The notes below the pieces were generated by a model. That model searched no databases. It was not told where the DNA came from and was given only the letters and a program-made list of their open reading frames with translations. A program made the translations under genes and the position numbers. From an uncultured candidate division Zixibacteria bacterium (GTDB lineage: Bacteria > Zixibacteria > MSB-5A5 > GN15 > PGXB01), in the NCBI GenBank assembly GCA_963702205.1, contig OY969724.1, positions 384,001 through 448,000 of the forward strand: a stretch of DNA of 64,000 nt, given 5' to 3'. The stretch's first letter is position 1. Each line of letters opens with the position of its first letter. This document shows positions 1 to 9,614 of the stretch, piece by piece.

Positions 1-513
1 TTTCAGGGCTCGTCGGGCCCGTGAAAGAATAATGTACGCGTTACTCGTGGTCACGTTCATTTTCCCGCAGATTTCGGACGTCCCGAAACCCTGGTACTGC
101 AGGTTCAATATGCGGGCAAATTTGCGGTTGGTGGCGCTGACTTTTTTCAGACATTCGAGCAGGTATCGTTTCAGATCGGGCGGTGCCGTCTGGGCGGCCG
201 GTTCCGGCGCATTTTGCATGCCGCCGTCATAGGCGAACTTACGGGCCGCGGTCTTTTTGTCCCGATAATATCGGGCCAGCTTGAATTCAAGAACCTGATA
301 CGCCCAGGCCGCAAAACTGGATTCTATCTCCAGCGCGGCGAATTTCTCGGAAATGGTCAGCATGGCCTCCTGCGCGATCTCCTCTATATCGGACCCGCTG
401 CTTATTCTATGTCGCAGAAAGTATCGAAATCTATCGGATAATTTTTGAAACAGCACTTCCTTGACGCGGTCGTCTCCGGCCCGTGCTTTGTCATATAAAT
501 CATTGATATTCAA
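1..513 (-). CDS. ECF-type RNA polymerase sigma factor (3' end runs off the window; absent from the ORF track)
   Basis: Manual translation from TTG at 513 is open to position 1: LNINDLYDKARAGDDRVKEVLFQKLSDRFRYFLRHRISSGSDIEEIAQEAMLTISEKF...SSFAAWAYQVLEFKLARYYR...FARILNLQYQGFGTSEICGKMNVTTSNAYIILSRARRALK. This shows region 2 (DIEEIAQEA, FAAW) and region 4 HTH (SEIC...LSRARR) patterns. Confidence 0.85.
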   Translation of the reverse strand, partial: MNINDLYDKARAGDDRVKEVLFQKLSDRFRYFLRHRISSGSDIEEIAQEAMLTISEKFAALEIESSFAAWAYQVLEFKLARYYRDKKTAARKFAYDGGMQNAPEPAAQTAPPDLKRYLLECLKKVSATNRKFARILNLQYQGFGTSEICGKMNVTTSNAYIILSRARRALK

Positions 514-723
514 TTAAATGATCATCCGTTTGCCGCAACACGAGGCTAATATAATAAGGAAATCGGACCCTGAGCAAGACAATTAAGCCCATATTTGAAT
601 CATCTCCATAATAAATGTCAGATTTGCGTCGCTTGTGATACTGACCAATAAATTGCAGTGATAACTTCATCATGGCCGGGTGGAAGATCAAATTTTTGAG
701 TAAACCAACATGTGAGGTAATAT

Positions 724-2388
724 ATGAAACCGATAAAGATGCTTATACTGCTGCTTCCGGTGTTAATCGCGGCCGCGTCGTTCGGGCAGGACCTGCTGAT
801 CAACCCGGAAAGTGTCGTCTTCGATTCCCTAAACGGACGCTATCTCGTGGCCAACTGGGCCGACGGAATCGTGGCGGTTGAGTACGACCTGACCCAGTCA
901 CATTTTCAACAGGGTATCGGAACCAGAGTGGCCGGGATGTTTATCGTCGGCGATACGGTTTTCATCTCAACCGAAGACTTGCGAGGCTACGATTTAAACA
1001 CGGGCGAGGAAGTGGTCGACCTGTTCCTGGGAGCCACCCTCGACGGCCTTACCGCCGACACCTCCGGCAATCTTTACGCCGTCGATACCGGTGGGAGGAT
1101 TTTCAAAATCAGACTGAGCGATCTAAACGTTTCTATTTTTGTGTCGACGGGACTCGCCACGAACATTCAGGATATAGCCTTCGACAAATGGAACAATCGA
1201 CTCATTGCGGTCGAATACACGGCCTCGACCGGCATCAAGGCCGTCAGTCTGCCGGACGGGACAGTCTCCATCATCGCGACGCCCCCGTTCGGGTACTTCG
1301 ACGGGGTGACGGTCGATCTGGACGGCAACTTCTACGTTTCCTGCAGTACGGCGGGCACCGTGTATAAATTCGATAATACTTTTTCTCAAACGCCGGTTCA
1401 AATCGCTTCCGGACTCAGCGGTCCGGCCGGTTTGTGCTATGACACCTGGCACGACATGATCGTCGTCCCCAATTTCAACGCGGGAACGCTCAGTTTTCTG
1501 CCGCAGCACTATAAATTCACGGCCGATACCCCGCTGGGCTGGGCTCCCCTCCAAATGCAATTCACAGGTGAGTGTGATTTCGCCGTCGATACCTGGAGCT
1601 GGGAATTCGGCAATGGCGGCATTGGCGACGGACAAAATGTTGCATATACATACAATACGCCCGGTACGTATGACGTTACCATGAACGTGACGTACGGTAC
1701 CGAATCCAGGTCACGTACAATGTATAAATACATCACGGCGTTGGCTGACACCATGATGGCCTCGGAATACAAGGCCGTGGAAGGTGAAGAAGTCGAAATC
1801 ATCATATATGCCAGAAATACCATCCCGGTCTCGAAATTCAGCATACCGGTTGAATATTCCGGGTCGCTGGCTCTGACATTCGATTCCAGTTCCCGGGTCG
1901 GCTGCCGCACCGAATACTTCGACGGTGACTATTATGCCGATAATGACGCCATCAACCGTGAACTGACCGTGGTCATCAGAAATACTTCATCTTCAACACC
2001 CGATCTTGATCCGGGGTATGGGCCAATTTTGAAACTCTATTTCAGCCCGCCGGCCAGTATTCCCGCCGGCCGCTCGACCACTATTTATTTGGACGGCTAC
2101 GCTACTCGCCATCCGCAATTCACCGGCGGTCAATATTTTATCACGGTACCGACGGTCAGCGGGCGGGTTTTCTCCTTTATCTGCGGCGACGTCAACGCCG
2201 ACACATTCGTCAACCTGATTGATATCTTGTACTTAATAGACAATTTGTACGGACAACCGCCGGGTCCGGTGCCGAATCCCCCCGAATCGGGCGACGTCAA
2301 CGGCGATAGTTTCCGCAACCTGATTGATATTTTATACCTGATTGACTTTCTGTACGGACAACCGCCGGGTCCGAATCCGATCTGCTAA
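724..2388 (+). CDS. Secreted protein: SMP-30/NHL-like beta-propeller, PKD domain, cohesin-like domain and C-terminal dockerin-like duplicated repeat
   Basis: Signal peptide; NPESVVFD, DGLTAD, FDGVTVDLDGNFYV and GPAGL propeller motifs; PKD motif WSWEFGNG...YTYNTPGTYDVT; two GDVN(A/G)D..NLIDILYLID.LYG repeats at the C-terminus; GAGG RBS upstream. Confidence 0.8.
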   Translation: MKPIKMLILLLPVLIAAASFGQDLLINPESVVFDSLNGRYLVANWADGIVAVEYDLTQSHFQQGIGTRVAGMFIVGDTVFISTEDLRGYDLNTGEEVVDLFLGATLDGLTADTSGNLYAVDTGGRIFKIRLSDLNVSIFVSTGLATNIQDIAFDKWNNRLIAVEYTASTGIKAVSLPDGTVSIIATPPFGYFDGVTVDLDGNFYVSCSTAGTVYKFDNTFSQTPVQIASGLSGPAGLCYDTWHDMIVVPNFNAGTLSFLPQHYKFTADTPLGWAPLQMQFTGECDFAVDTWSWEFGNGGIGDGQNVAYTYNTPGTYDVTMNVTYGTESRSRTMYKYITALADTMMASEYKAVEGEEVEIIIYARNTIPVSKFSIPVEYSGSLALTFDSSSRVGCRTEYFDGDYYADNDAINRELTVVIRNTSSSTPDLDPGYGPILKLYFSPPASIPAGRSTTIYLDGYATRHPQFTGGQYFITVPTVSGRVFSFICGDVNADTFVNLIDILYLIDNLYGQPPGPVPNPPESGDVNGDSFRNLIDILYLIDFLYGQPPGPNPIC

Positions 2389-2415
2389 AAGCAACCCCTG
2401 TTTGACACCCCACAA

Positions 2416-2448
2416 GGAAGGCGACCTCCTCGGTCGCCTTCCGCATTT
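2416..2448 (+). terminator. Putative intrinsic terminator
   Basis: Perfect 11-bp stem GGAAGGCGACC-tcctc-GGTCGCCTTCC, followed by a short T tract, just after the 724-2388 stop. Confidence 0.6.
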
Positions 2449-2498
2449 TGGTGGGACAATTTTCTCCATTTTTTATCGGGAAATTGTATATTCGAGGT

Positions 2499-3431
2499 AT
2501 GAACACGACAACCACGACCGACAATATTTCATTTCGCTCCGGTGTCTTCTATGCAATATTGGCGTACACCACCTGGGGCCTCGGCCCGATTTATTTTAAA
2601 GCTATCGCGGAGGTTCCGGCGTCGGAAGTCCTCGCTCATCGCATTGTCTGGTCGGTCGTTTTTCTTTATGCTTCGTCGATTGTCCTTAAAAATTTCGGGG
2701 ACATAAAAAGAGCCTTGTCATCACCTCAAGCCCTGAAATACCTCGGGGCCACTACGGTCCTGATTGCAATAAACTGGTACGCTTTCATCTGGTCGATTGA
2801 AAACGACCAGGTTTTGCAGGCCAGCCTCGGCTATTTCATAAATCCGCTGATAAACGTTCTTCTGGGCGCGTTGTTTCTAAAAGAAAAGCTGGGGCGTCTG
2901 GCAAAAATCAGTATTGCCTTCGCCGCCGTCGGGGTCACCCTGATGATCGTCAAGAGTGCCGTCGTGCCGGTTGCCGGTCTGGTACTGGCATTCACGTTTG
3001 CATTTTACGGTTTGTTGCGCAAAATCGCCCCGGTCGGGGCCGTCCCGGGTCTTTCCGTCGAAACCACACTCTTATGCCTCCCCGCTCTGGCCTACCTGTT
3101 CTGGCTGGGACACGATAACACCCTCGTCTTAGGGCACACCTCGCTCGGCACGACTCTACTTTTAACCGTCGCGGGACCGTGGACGTCTCTTCCGCTGATC
3201 TGGTTTGCCAAAGGCGCACGGCGGCTGAGGCTGTCCACAGTCGGATTTTTGCAGTACATCGCCCCGACTCTGCATTTCGTCCTGGCCGTCGTGATATACG
3301 GCGAACCGTTCGGTATAGTGCATTTGCTTTCTTTCATATGCATCTGGACCGGGCTCGTTATTTTTACTTTCGATTCTTTCCGGCGTGCGCGAAAAGGCAT
3401 CAAGCATAATAACAAACTCGCCACTAATTGA
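2499..3431 (+). CDS. rarD: RarD / EamA (DMT) family transporter
   Basis: About 10 TM segments; RarD-typical motifs WGLGPIYFK, EVLAHRIVWS, ASLGYFINPL, GFLQYIAPT, YGEPF. Start moved to ATG 2499. Confidence 0.9.
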   Translation: MNTTTTTDNISFRSGVFYAILAYTTWGLGPIYFKAIAEVPASEVLAHRIVWSVVFLYASSIVLKNFGDIKRALSSPQALKYLGATTVLIAINWYAFIWSIENDQVLQASLGYFINPLINVLLGALFLKEKLGRLAKISIAFAAVGVTLMIVKSAVVPVAGLVLAFTFAFYGLLRKIAPVGAVPGLSVETTLLCLPALAYLFWLGHDNTLVLGHTSLGTTLLLTVAGPWTSLPLIWFAKGARRLRLSTVGFLQYIAPTLHFVLAVVIYGEPFGIVHLLSFICIWTGLVIFTFDSFRRARKGIKHNNKLATN

Positions 3432-3469
3432 ATTTTCCTCTGCTGAACATGGTTAGCTCGAAGATCATG

Positions 3470-5524
3470 CTAAGGATGAAGAGAATCCTTTAACGCATCG
3501 GCAACCTTTTGAAGCTCCTCAAGACGGCTCTGATACGACGGATCGGATGGCCCGTCTTTCTTGTACGCCTCAAAATACCCGGAGAAGTCACCGAATTTCA
3601 ACTTGCGTACCGCTATCTTCGCCAGCCAGTAATTACCGGAGGAGCCGTCCGGCCCCAGTGCCAACAGATGACGCGCAAAATAGGTCGAGGAGTCATAATT
3701 CTGCGCCTGATAATACAGCCACGCCAGCGAGCTGACCACAAACGGATTGGACGCGCTTAGCCGATAGCTCGCTTCGAACCAGTACTTCGCGCTGTCGAGC
3801 TTTTTCAAACCGGTAAATATTATGCCCCGGTCGCACAGCGTCAGGCCGTTGTTCGGTTCCAGTTGAAGAGCCCTGTTTGATTCTTCGAGAGCTTTACTAT
3901 ACTCACCGGACATATAGTACACGCCGCCTTTAAGGTTATGGTACCCCGACAAGAATTTATTCGGCTTGATCGACGCCAGGTACGATCGGGCGGTCTCTCC
4001 ATCCCAGGCCTGAAGAGCCTCCAGCGCACCCCGGAGTTTGACCGCATCGGGATAGTACTTTGGATACAGATAATTCAGCGAATCGGCCGCATGCTGGTCG
4101 CCGTGGTATTCATAGTAGGTACACAGTACAATAAAGCTCGAAATCGATTTGCTTCTATCGAGATTAATAATGTACTTAATATACCGCACCGATGAGGCTT
4201 CAGAGAGATCGGTCACGATGTACGGCAGCACTAACAACGCCGCCATCCCGGTCATTGGCAACACCCTGCCGGACAATACCCTGAGACGGTTCGGGGGTAT
4301 CAGCATCAACGTCAGTACGGTCAGCGCCAGAAACGACGGGGACATCAGGTCCCAGTCACGCGCCATAGTCAACTGCGGGTCGACGACAAATAAAAACAGC
4401 AAACTGCCGATGGATGACAGTATCAGGAAGTACGAGTACGGTTTCTTAAAGAAAAGTTTCCATTCATTGCCGACCAATAGTACAAGTAATATAAGATATG
4501 GCGACAATATAAACGACAGGTTCAATATATCCAATAAATGAGAAGTACTGAAGATAAAATAATCCTCGTCGATCGGTTTGCCGCTGAACGGCCATAAAAA
4601 TATATTTTCGATAAACAGGTTGCTCTGGATTTTTAAAAATAACAGTACAACCGCTGCGATCGCACTCGCTCCAACAATTACCCAAAATGGAATTTTAAAT
4701 TTCGCGTAGAGCTTTTTACCTTTTTCGCGCGAAAAAGCCAGGCCGATCAGGGCCGGCCCAAAAACGAACATATAGAGATGCACGAACGCCCCCAGCACAA
4801 ATAACAGCACCGCTCGCCAAAGATCCCGACCGGTGTTGATATATCTCAAACTGAAATAAAAGAACCCGGCTATACCCACCCACAACAGCGGATAGCTTTC
4901 GGCATAACCGAAAAAAAGCAATGAAACGCCTGAAAAAGTCAAAACTGCCAGACCGAGAAAGCGGCGGACTTTATCCTTGCCCAATTCCCGCGCCATGAGA
5001 AGGAAGAAATACATGACGATTATTCCAGAAACGACCGAGACGATCTGAAACGAAAGCTGGGCATTGGCGACGCTTCGATCCCCCAAAAGCGACTGCAAAA
5101 GCAGCGTGACATTCGTTATGCCCTGTTCACTCCATTTATGAATGACAAATTGATTGGCCCCGATATTGTTGATCTGCATATAACCGTCGCCGAGGAAATG
5201 AGTCGGCATGACAAATATGCCAAACACAACTCCTGCAACGAGTGCGCGGACAATCCGGTTGACCACCTGCCGTTTGTGCTCGAAGAAAAAATAGTCGAAC
5301 CGCTCGACGGCTATTTCTCCGATCTTCTGCACCGGTCTGATATAATAGGCGGCCAGGACCAGCACCCCCGCGACGGCATACGCGACCGCGAACCATCCCG
5401 GCAGAAATATCAGATGATTGACTCCCCACAGCCGCGCGGTCGGAAATATGTACCCCGCAAACCGCAGGACAAACAGCAGGACCATGAATTTGAACACGGT
5501 CTGAATGGTTTTGTCGTTACTCAT
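3470..5524 (-). CDS. Polytopic membrane protein with C-terminal TPR repeats (possible GT-C-fold glycosyltransferase, TMTC-like architecture)
   Basis: More than 12 hydrophobic segments; loop motifs HFLGDGY, FFGYAESY and RDWDL; TPR-like C-terminus (YHNLKGGVYYMSGEYSKALEESNRALQLEPNN). GT function is inference. Confidence 0.65.
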   Translation of the reverse strand: MSNDKTIQTVFKFMVLLFVLRFAGYIFPTARLWGVNHLIFLPGWFAVAYAVAGVLVLAAYYIRPVQKIGEIAVERFDYFFFEHKRQVVNRIVRALVAGVVFGIFVMPTHFLGDGYMQINNIGANQFVIHKWSEQGITNVTLLLQSLLGDRSVANAQLSFQIVSVVSGIIVMYFFLLMARELGKDKVRRFLGLAVLTFSGVSLLFFGYAESYPLLWVGIAGFFYFSLRYINTGRDLWRAVLLFVLGAFVHLYMFVFGPALIGLAFSREKGKKLYAKFKIPFWVIVGASAIAAVVLLFLKIQSNLFIENIFLWPFSGKPIDEDYFIFSTSHLLDILNLSFILSPYLILLVLLVGNEWKLFFKKPYSYFLILSSIGSLLFLFVVDPQLTMARDWDLMSPSFLALTVLTLMLIPPNRLRVLSGRVLPMTGMAALLVLPYIVTDLSEASSVRYIKYIINLDRSKSISSFIVLCTYYEYHGDQHAADSLNYLYPKYYPDAVKLRGALEALQAWDGETARSYLASIKPNKFLSGYHNLKGGVYYMSGEYSKALEESNRALQLEPNNGLTLCDRGIIFTGLKKLDSAKYWFEASYRLSASNPFVVSSLAWLYYQAQNYDSSTYFARHLLALGPDGSSGNYWLAKIAVRKLKFGDFSGYFEAYKKDGPSDPSYQSRLEELQKVADALKDSLHP

Positions 5525-5611
5525 CTCGTATGAAAATAGCAGCAGTTCATTTCACGTAATATAAGAAGCCGGGGAGAGGTCTGAAAAGAATAAATTCATC
5601 CACTCTCGCTC

Positions 5612-5640
5612 TTGACATTCCCGCTGTAATCAGCAAAATT
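5612..5640 (+). promoter_or_regulatory. Putative sigma70 promoter of the DUF401 gene
   Basis: TTGACA at 5612-5617, then 16 bp, then CAAAAT; the ATG at 5648 follows 8 nt later. Confidence 0.4.
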
Positions 5641-5647
5641 GCACCGC

Positions 5648-6820
5648 ATGAGCATATTCGCATTTTTAGCGTCATTGGCGGCGATACTGATTATCTCCCG
5701 GCGCAACCTCGCCGCCGCCATAATCACCGGGGCTCTGCTTCTCGGACTGATCGCCCTCCCGTTCGACAAGCTGATCGACCGCATCGTCTTCACGTTCACC
5801 GACTATGAAATTATAATTCTCACCCTTGCCGTCGGCATCATCCCGCTGATCGGCGGCGCGATGAAAAAAAGCGGCCAGATCGACAGCCTGGTCGAAAACG
5901 TCCGCATCAAACAAAAGCACATGCTCGCTTTCTCCCCCGCCCTGATGGGCCTCCTGCCAATGCCCGGCGGTGCGCTGTTGTCGGCTCCGATTATGGAGCG
6001 CTCCGGTCACGGTGTCCCCGGCGAGGTCGTCGCCGCCGCCAACGACTGGTTTCGCCACCTGTTCATCCTGGCCTACCCGCTCGCCCCGGCCCTGATCGTC
6101 CTGACCGGCATCACCGGCCTCGATATATACGAAAGCATTCTCTATATCCTGCCGTTCGGTGTGGTTGCGACTGTCATCGGCTACCTGTTCTTTTTGCGCA
6201 AAGTCGACGGCAGCATCGCGCGGCCGAACGGATTCTCGTTCAAAGGCCTCATGGTCCCGCTGACCGTAATACTATCCGCCCCGCTGATAGATTTTGTCCT
6301 CAAAAAATTGTTCGGCCTCGGCAACACCGCGACTTTTATTGGCGTCGTGGTTGGTTTAATATTGTCCCTTGTTCTGAGCGTAAAAAAACTGCCCCTGCTC
6401 GGCCTGATTAAAGAAATGCGACCGTGGAATTTCGCCCTGATCATTATCGGGATGTTCATGTATTTATATATTTTCGAAGCGACCGATATCGGCCCCATCA
6501 TCGCCGGACTGCCCCTGCCGCCGCTTCTGCTGGCGGTCACGGCCGGTTTTGCTCTGGGCTTTCTGACCGGCCGCGTCCACCTTCCCGGCTCGATCATTTT
6601 CCCCGTCTACCTTGCCGCCGCCGGTGCGATTACACCGTTTATCTTCTCTTTGATCTACGTCGGAATATATTTCGGCTATATCATTTCACCGGTCCACCCC
6701 TGCCTGGTTGTCACCTGCGAATATTTCCGGATACCGATCCGCGATATGATCAAAAAGCTGGCCGCCCCGACCGCAATCGTCATGGGGCTGATTGTCGCCA
6801 TCTCGTCGTTTATTATCTGA
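5648..6820 (+). CDS. DUF401 family membrane protein (putative transporter)
   Basis: Highly hydrophobic; PALMGLLPMPGGALLSAP, WFRH and SPVHPCLVVTCEYF motifs are typical of DUF401. Confidence 0.8.
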   Translation: MSIFAFLASLAAILIISRRNLAAAIITGALLLGLIALPFDKLIDRIVFTFTDYEIIILTLAVGIIPLIGGAMKKSGQIDSLVENVRIKQKHMLAFSPALMGLLPMPGGALLSAPIMERSGHGVPGEVVAAANDWFRHLFILAYPLAPALIVLTGITGLDIYESILYILPFGVVATVIGYLFFLRKVDGSIARPNGFSFKGLMVPLTVILSAPLIDFVLKKLFGLGNTATFIGVVVGLILSLVLSVKKLPLLGLIKEMRPWNFALIIIGMFMYLYIFEATDIGPIIAGLPLPPLLLAVTAGFALGFLTGRVHLPGSIIFPVYLAAAGAITPFIFSLIYVGIYFGYIISPVHPCLVVTCEYFRIPIRDMIKKLAAPTAIVMGLIVAISSFII

Positions 6821-6875
6821 TTTCCCGTACGAAAAAGGCCGTCATCATTGACCTTTTGATAAATTTTGATTACTT

Positions 6876-8180
6876 ATGGGGGCCATGATTCACGCCGACT
6901 TTGAAAAATTCCTTTGGGGTGTCGCCACCTCGGCTTATCAGATCGAGGGCCACCTCCAAAACGACATGACCGAATGGGAAACGCTCGGGCATTTCCGAAA
7001 TAACGGCCACAATCCGGTCGTGGGCGACGCCGTCGATCACTGGAACCGCTGGGAAGAAGACTTCGTCTTGTTGAAAGAACTCGGCGTGAACTCATACCGC
7101 TTTTCGGTCGAGTGGGCGCGCATCGAACCCGAGCCGGGGCGCTTCGACCATAATGCTATTAAACAATATCGCCGCATGATCAACCGGTTGATTGAGTACG
7201 GTATTATGCCTATGGTCACCCTACATCATTTCTCCAACCCGGCCTGGCTGCACCACCGCTGCCCCTGGCATCGCCCCGAAGCCGCAAAGGCCTTTGTTGA
7301 CTTTGCTAAGATCGTATCCAAGGAGCTTCTCGAGAACGTCCCGCTGGTTGTGACTTTCAACGAGCCGATGGTCTGGCTGCTGGCGGCATACGCCGACGCC
7401 AAATTCCCACCCGGCTTCGCCGATTTTCGGATTCTGTCGGGCGCGCTGTACAGCATGCTCTACGCCCACCGGCAGGCGTACGATCTGATTAAGCACGATC
7501 ATCCTGATATCAAAATCGGCCTGGCCCACAACCTGATCATTTTCAAAGAGGGTCGGCGGGGGCACTTTATCGACGGCAAAATCGCGCAGATAATTCATTC
7601 GTTCTATAACATGCTCATCCCGAAGGCCTTCGTCGAAAACCGTCTCAAATTCCATTTCCCGCTGATTTTCAATATCGATATGCCAATCGAGCTCGACAAC
7701 AAAATCGACTTCTGGGGCATTAACTATTATTACCGGATGAACGTCCGCTTCAAGCCCAGCCTTAAACTCCCGTTCAAGCTCTATTTTGACCCGCCCGCCG
7801 AGCATAAAAAATCCGATCTCGGCTGGGAAATCTACGCCAAAGGTCTGAAGAAAGTCTGCGGCTGGATGAACGAGTTCGGCAAGCCGCTGTATATCACCGA
7901 GAATGGTATCGCCGCCGAGGACGACAAACAAAGAGTCGTCTTCCTCACCAAACATTTAAACAAGCTGGCCGAAATTAGGCAGGAAATGCCGAACATCCGG
8001 GGCTATTACCACTGGTCGTTGATGGACAACTACGAATGGCTGGTGGGGTATAAGGCCAAATTCGGGCTGTGCAGCGTCGATTTTGACGACGGATTAAAAC
8101 GCACCATCAAGCCGAGCGGTCTTTTCTACCGCGACCACATTTTATCTCATTCACCGGCAACGACTTCCGCAACCGAATAA
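6876..8180 (+). CDS. Glycoside hydrolase family 1 (beta-glycosidase)
   Basis: FLWGVATSAYQIEG, YRFSVEWARIEP, TLHHF, acid/base TFNEP, nucleophile YITENG, WSLMDNYEW. Start may be ATG 6885. Confidence 0.95.
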   Translation: MGAMIHADFEKFLWGVATSAYQIEGHLQNDMTEWETLGHFRNNGHNPVVGDAVDHWNRWEEDFVLLKELGVNSYRFSVEWARIEPEPGRFDHNAIKQYRRMINRLIEYGIMPMVTLHHFSNPAWLHHRCPWHRPEAAKAFVDFAKIVSKELLENVPLVVTFNEPMVWLLAAYADAKFPPGFADFRILSGALYSMLYAHRQAYDLIKHDHPDIKIGLAHNLIIFKEGRRGHFIDGKIAQIIHSFYNMLIPKAFVENRLKFHFPLIFNIDMPIELDNKIDFWGINYYYRMNVRFKPSLKLPFKLYFDPPAEHKKSDLGWEIYAKGLKKVCGWMNEFGKPLYITENGIAAEDDKQRVVFLTKHLNKLAEIRQEMPNIRGYYHWSLMDNYEWLVGYKAKFGLCSVDFDDGLKRTIKPSGLFYRDHILSHSPATTSATE

Positions 8181-8261
8181 TTTACCCAATCTTAATTTTG
8201 TCTTAATCTCGGCTTAACCTAAAAGCCGATAATACTTCATGAAAGAGCGGGATAATATGCC

Positions 8262-9536
8262 ATGTCGATAATTATAGACTACATACTGCTAACATCAATA
8301 GCGATCGGGCTTTCTTACGGTCTGATTTCGCTCTGGTTCTTGTTTGTCGATTATCGCCTCAAGAAATCATCCGTACAAAAGCTGACCGCCCACCCCGGCG
8401 TTACCGTATTCAAACCGCTCAAAGGTCTCGACGACTGCCTCGAAAACAACCTGAGGTCGTTTTTCGAACTCGATTACCCGATTTACGAGCTTATTTTCGG
8501 AATACAGGAATACGGCGACCCGGCGATTGGTTTGGTCAGAAAGCTGCAGGCCGAATATCCACACATTCCTTCGAAGCTCATTATCGATTCGACGCGCATC
8601 GGACTGAATCCCAAGATAAATAATCTGTTCAACATATATCCGTACGCCAGCCACGATTATCTTGTTATAAGCGACAGCAACGTTCGGGTCGATCCCGGAT
8701 ATCTGACCGATCTGGTTGGCAGGCTGCAGGCGCCCGGTGTCGGTCTGGTCACGTCGGCTATTCGCGGGGTCGGAGGCGGAAGCCTCGGCTCCGTCCTCGA
8801 AAATTTACACGCCAATACGTTCATATCCGGCAGTGTCCGCGCCGTCGGGAAGCTTTTCGGAATTCCCATTACAATCGGCAAGTCCATGTGTTTTCATCGC
8901 GCGACGTTACAGGCCATCGGAGGTTTCGAAGCCTTCGCGAACTACCTGGCCGAAGATTTTCTGCTCGGGGACTCCATCCGAAAAATGGGAAAAACAGTGG
9001 TCATCTCCAGTCACTGGATTGACAGCGTCAACGATACCTGGAGTATCGGGCGCTTTGTCAATCGTCATTACCGATGGGCTACCATGCGACGGCACATCAA
9101 TCTGCTGCACTATTCCGCAGAAATTTCTTCCAACCCGGTATTTCTCGCCCTTTTATATTTCGGATGGCGGACCGATCAGACCTCCTGCAGTCTTTTTATT
9201 GCGGTGACCGCGTTCAAGACGCTTATCGACGTCGCCGCCGCGCGCCTGTTCGAATCCGATTTGAAATGGTACGACTACTTCTATCTGCCGCTCAAGGATA
9301 TCATCATCGCCGGGATCTGGCTGGCGCCGTTTTTCAAAAGGCAGGTTGTCTGGCGCGGCAACTATTTCAACATCAACCGCAACACCTATCTGACGCCTGC
9401 CGAGGGGTCGTCTTTCCCACGAACGTTCCCGTCGCCCCTGCGGCAGTCGCTTCGCGCCGCCCGCTGGACCGGCCGCCGGACCCTCGACGGAACCCGCCGC
9501 ATTATCGCCCGTCTCGACCAATCCCGCGCTGCTTAA
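8262..9536 (+). CDS. Ceramide glucosyltransferase / HpnI-like glycosyltransferase (GT21/GT2)
   Basis: N-terminal TM; KPLKG, NPKINNL, ISDSN, GKSM, YLAEDF and RHYRW (R/QxxRW) motifs; C-terminal TMs and VVWRG. Confidence 0.85.
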   Translation: MSIIIDYILLTSIAIGLSYGLISLWFLFVDYRLKKSSVQKLTAHPGVTVFKPLKGLDDCLENNLRSFFELDYPIYELIFGIQEYGDPAIGLVRKLQAEYPHIPSKLIIDSTRIGLNPKINNLFNIYPYASHDYLVISDSNVRVDPGYLTDLVGRLQAPGVGLVTSAIRGVGGGSLGSVLENLHANTFISGSVRAVGKLFGIPITIGKSMCFHRATLQAIGGFEAFANYLAEDFLLGDSIRKMGKTVVISSHWIDSVNDTWSIGRFVNRHYRWATMRRHINLLHYSAEISSNPVFLALLYFGWRTDQTSCSLFIAVTAFKTLIDVAAARLFESDLKWYDYFYLPLKDIIIAGIWLAPFFKRQVVWRGNYFNINRNTYLTPAEGSSFPRTFPSPLRQSLRAARWTGRRTLDGTRRIIARLDQSRAA

Positions 9537-9614
9537 TCGTTTCCGTCTCAACTCATTGGCGATTCTTCCGATAACTCCTTTATAGAGGCTCATTTTTAAT
9601 TGACCGGATGGGAA

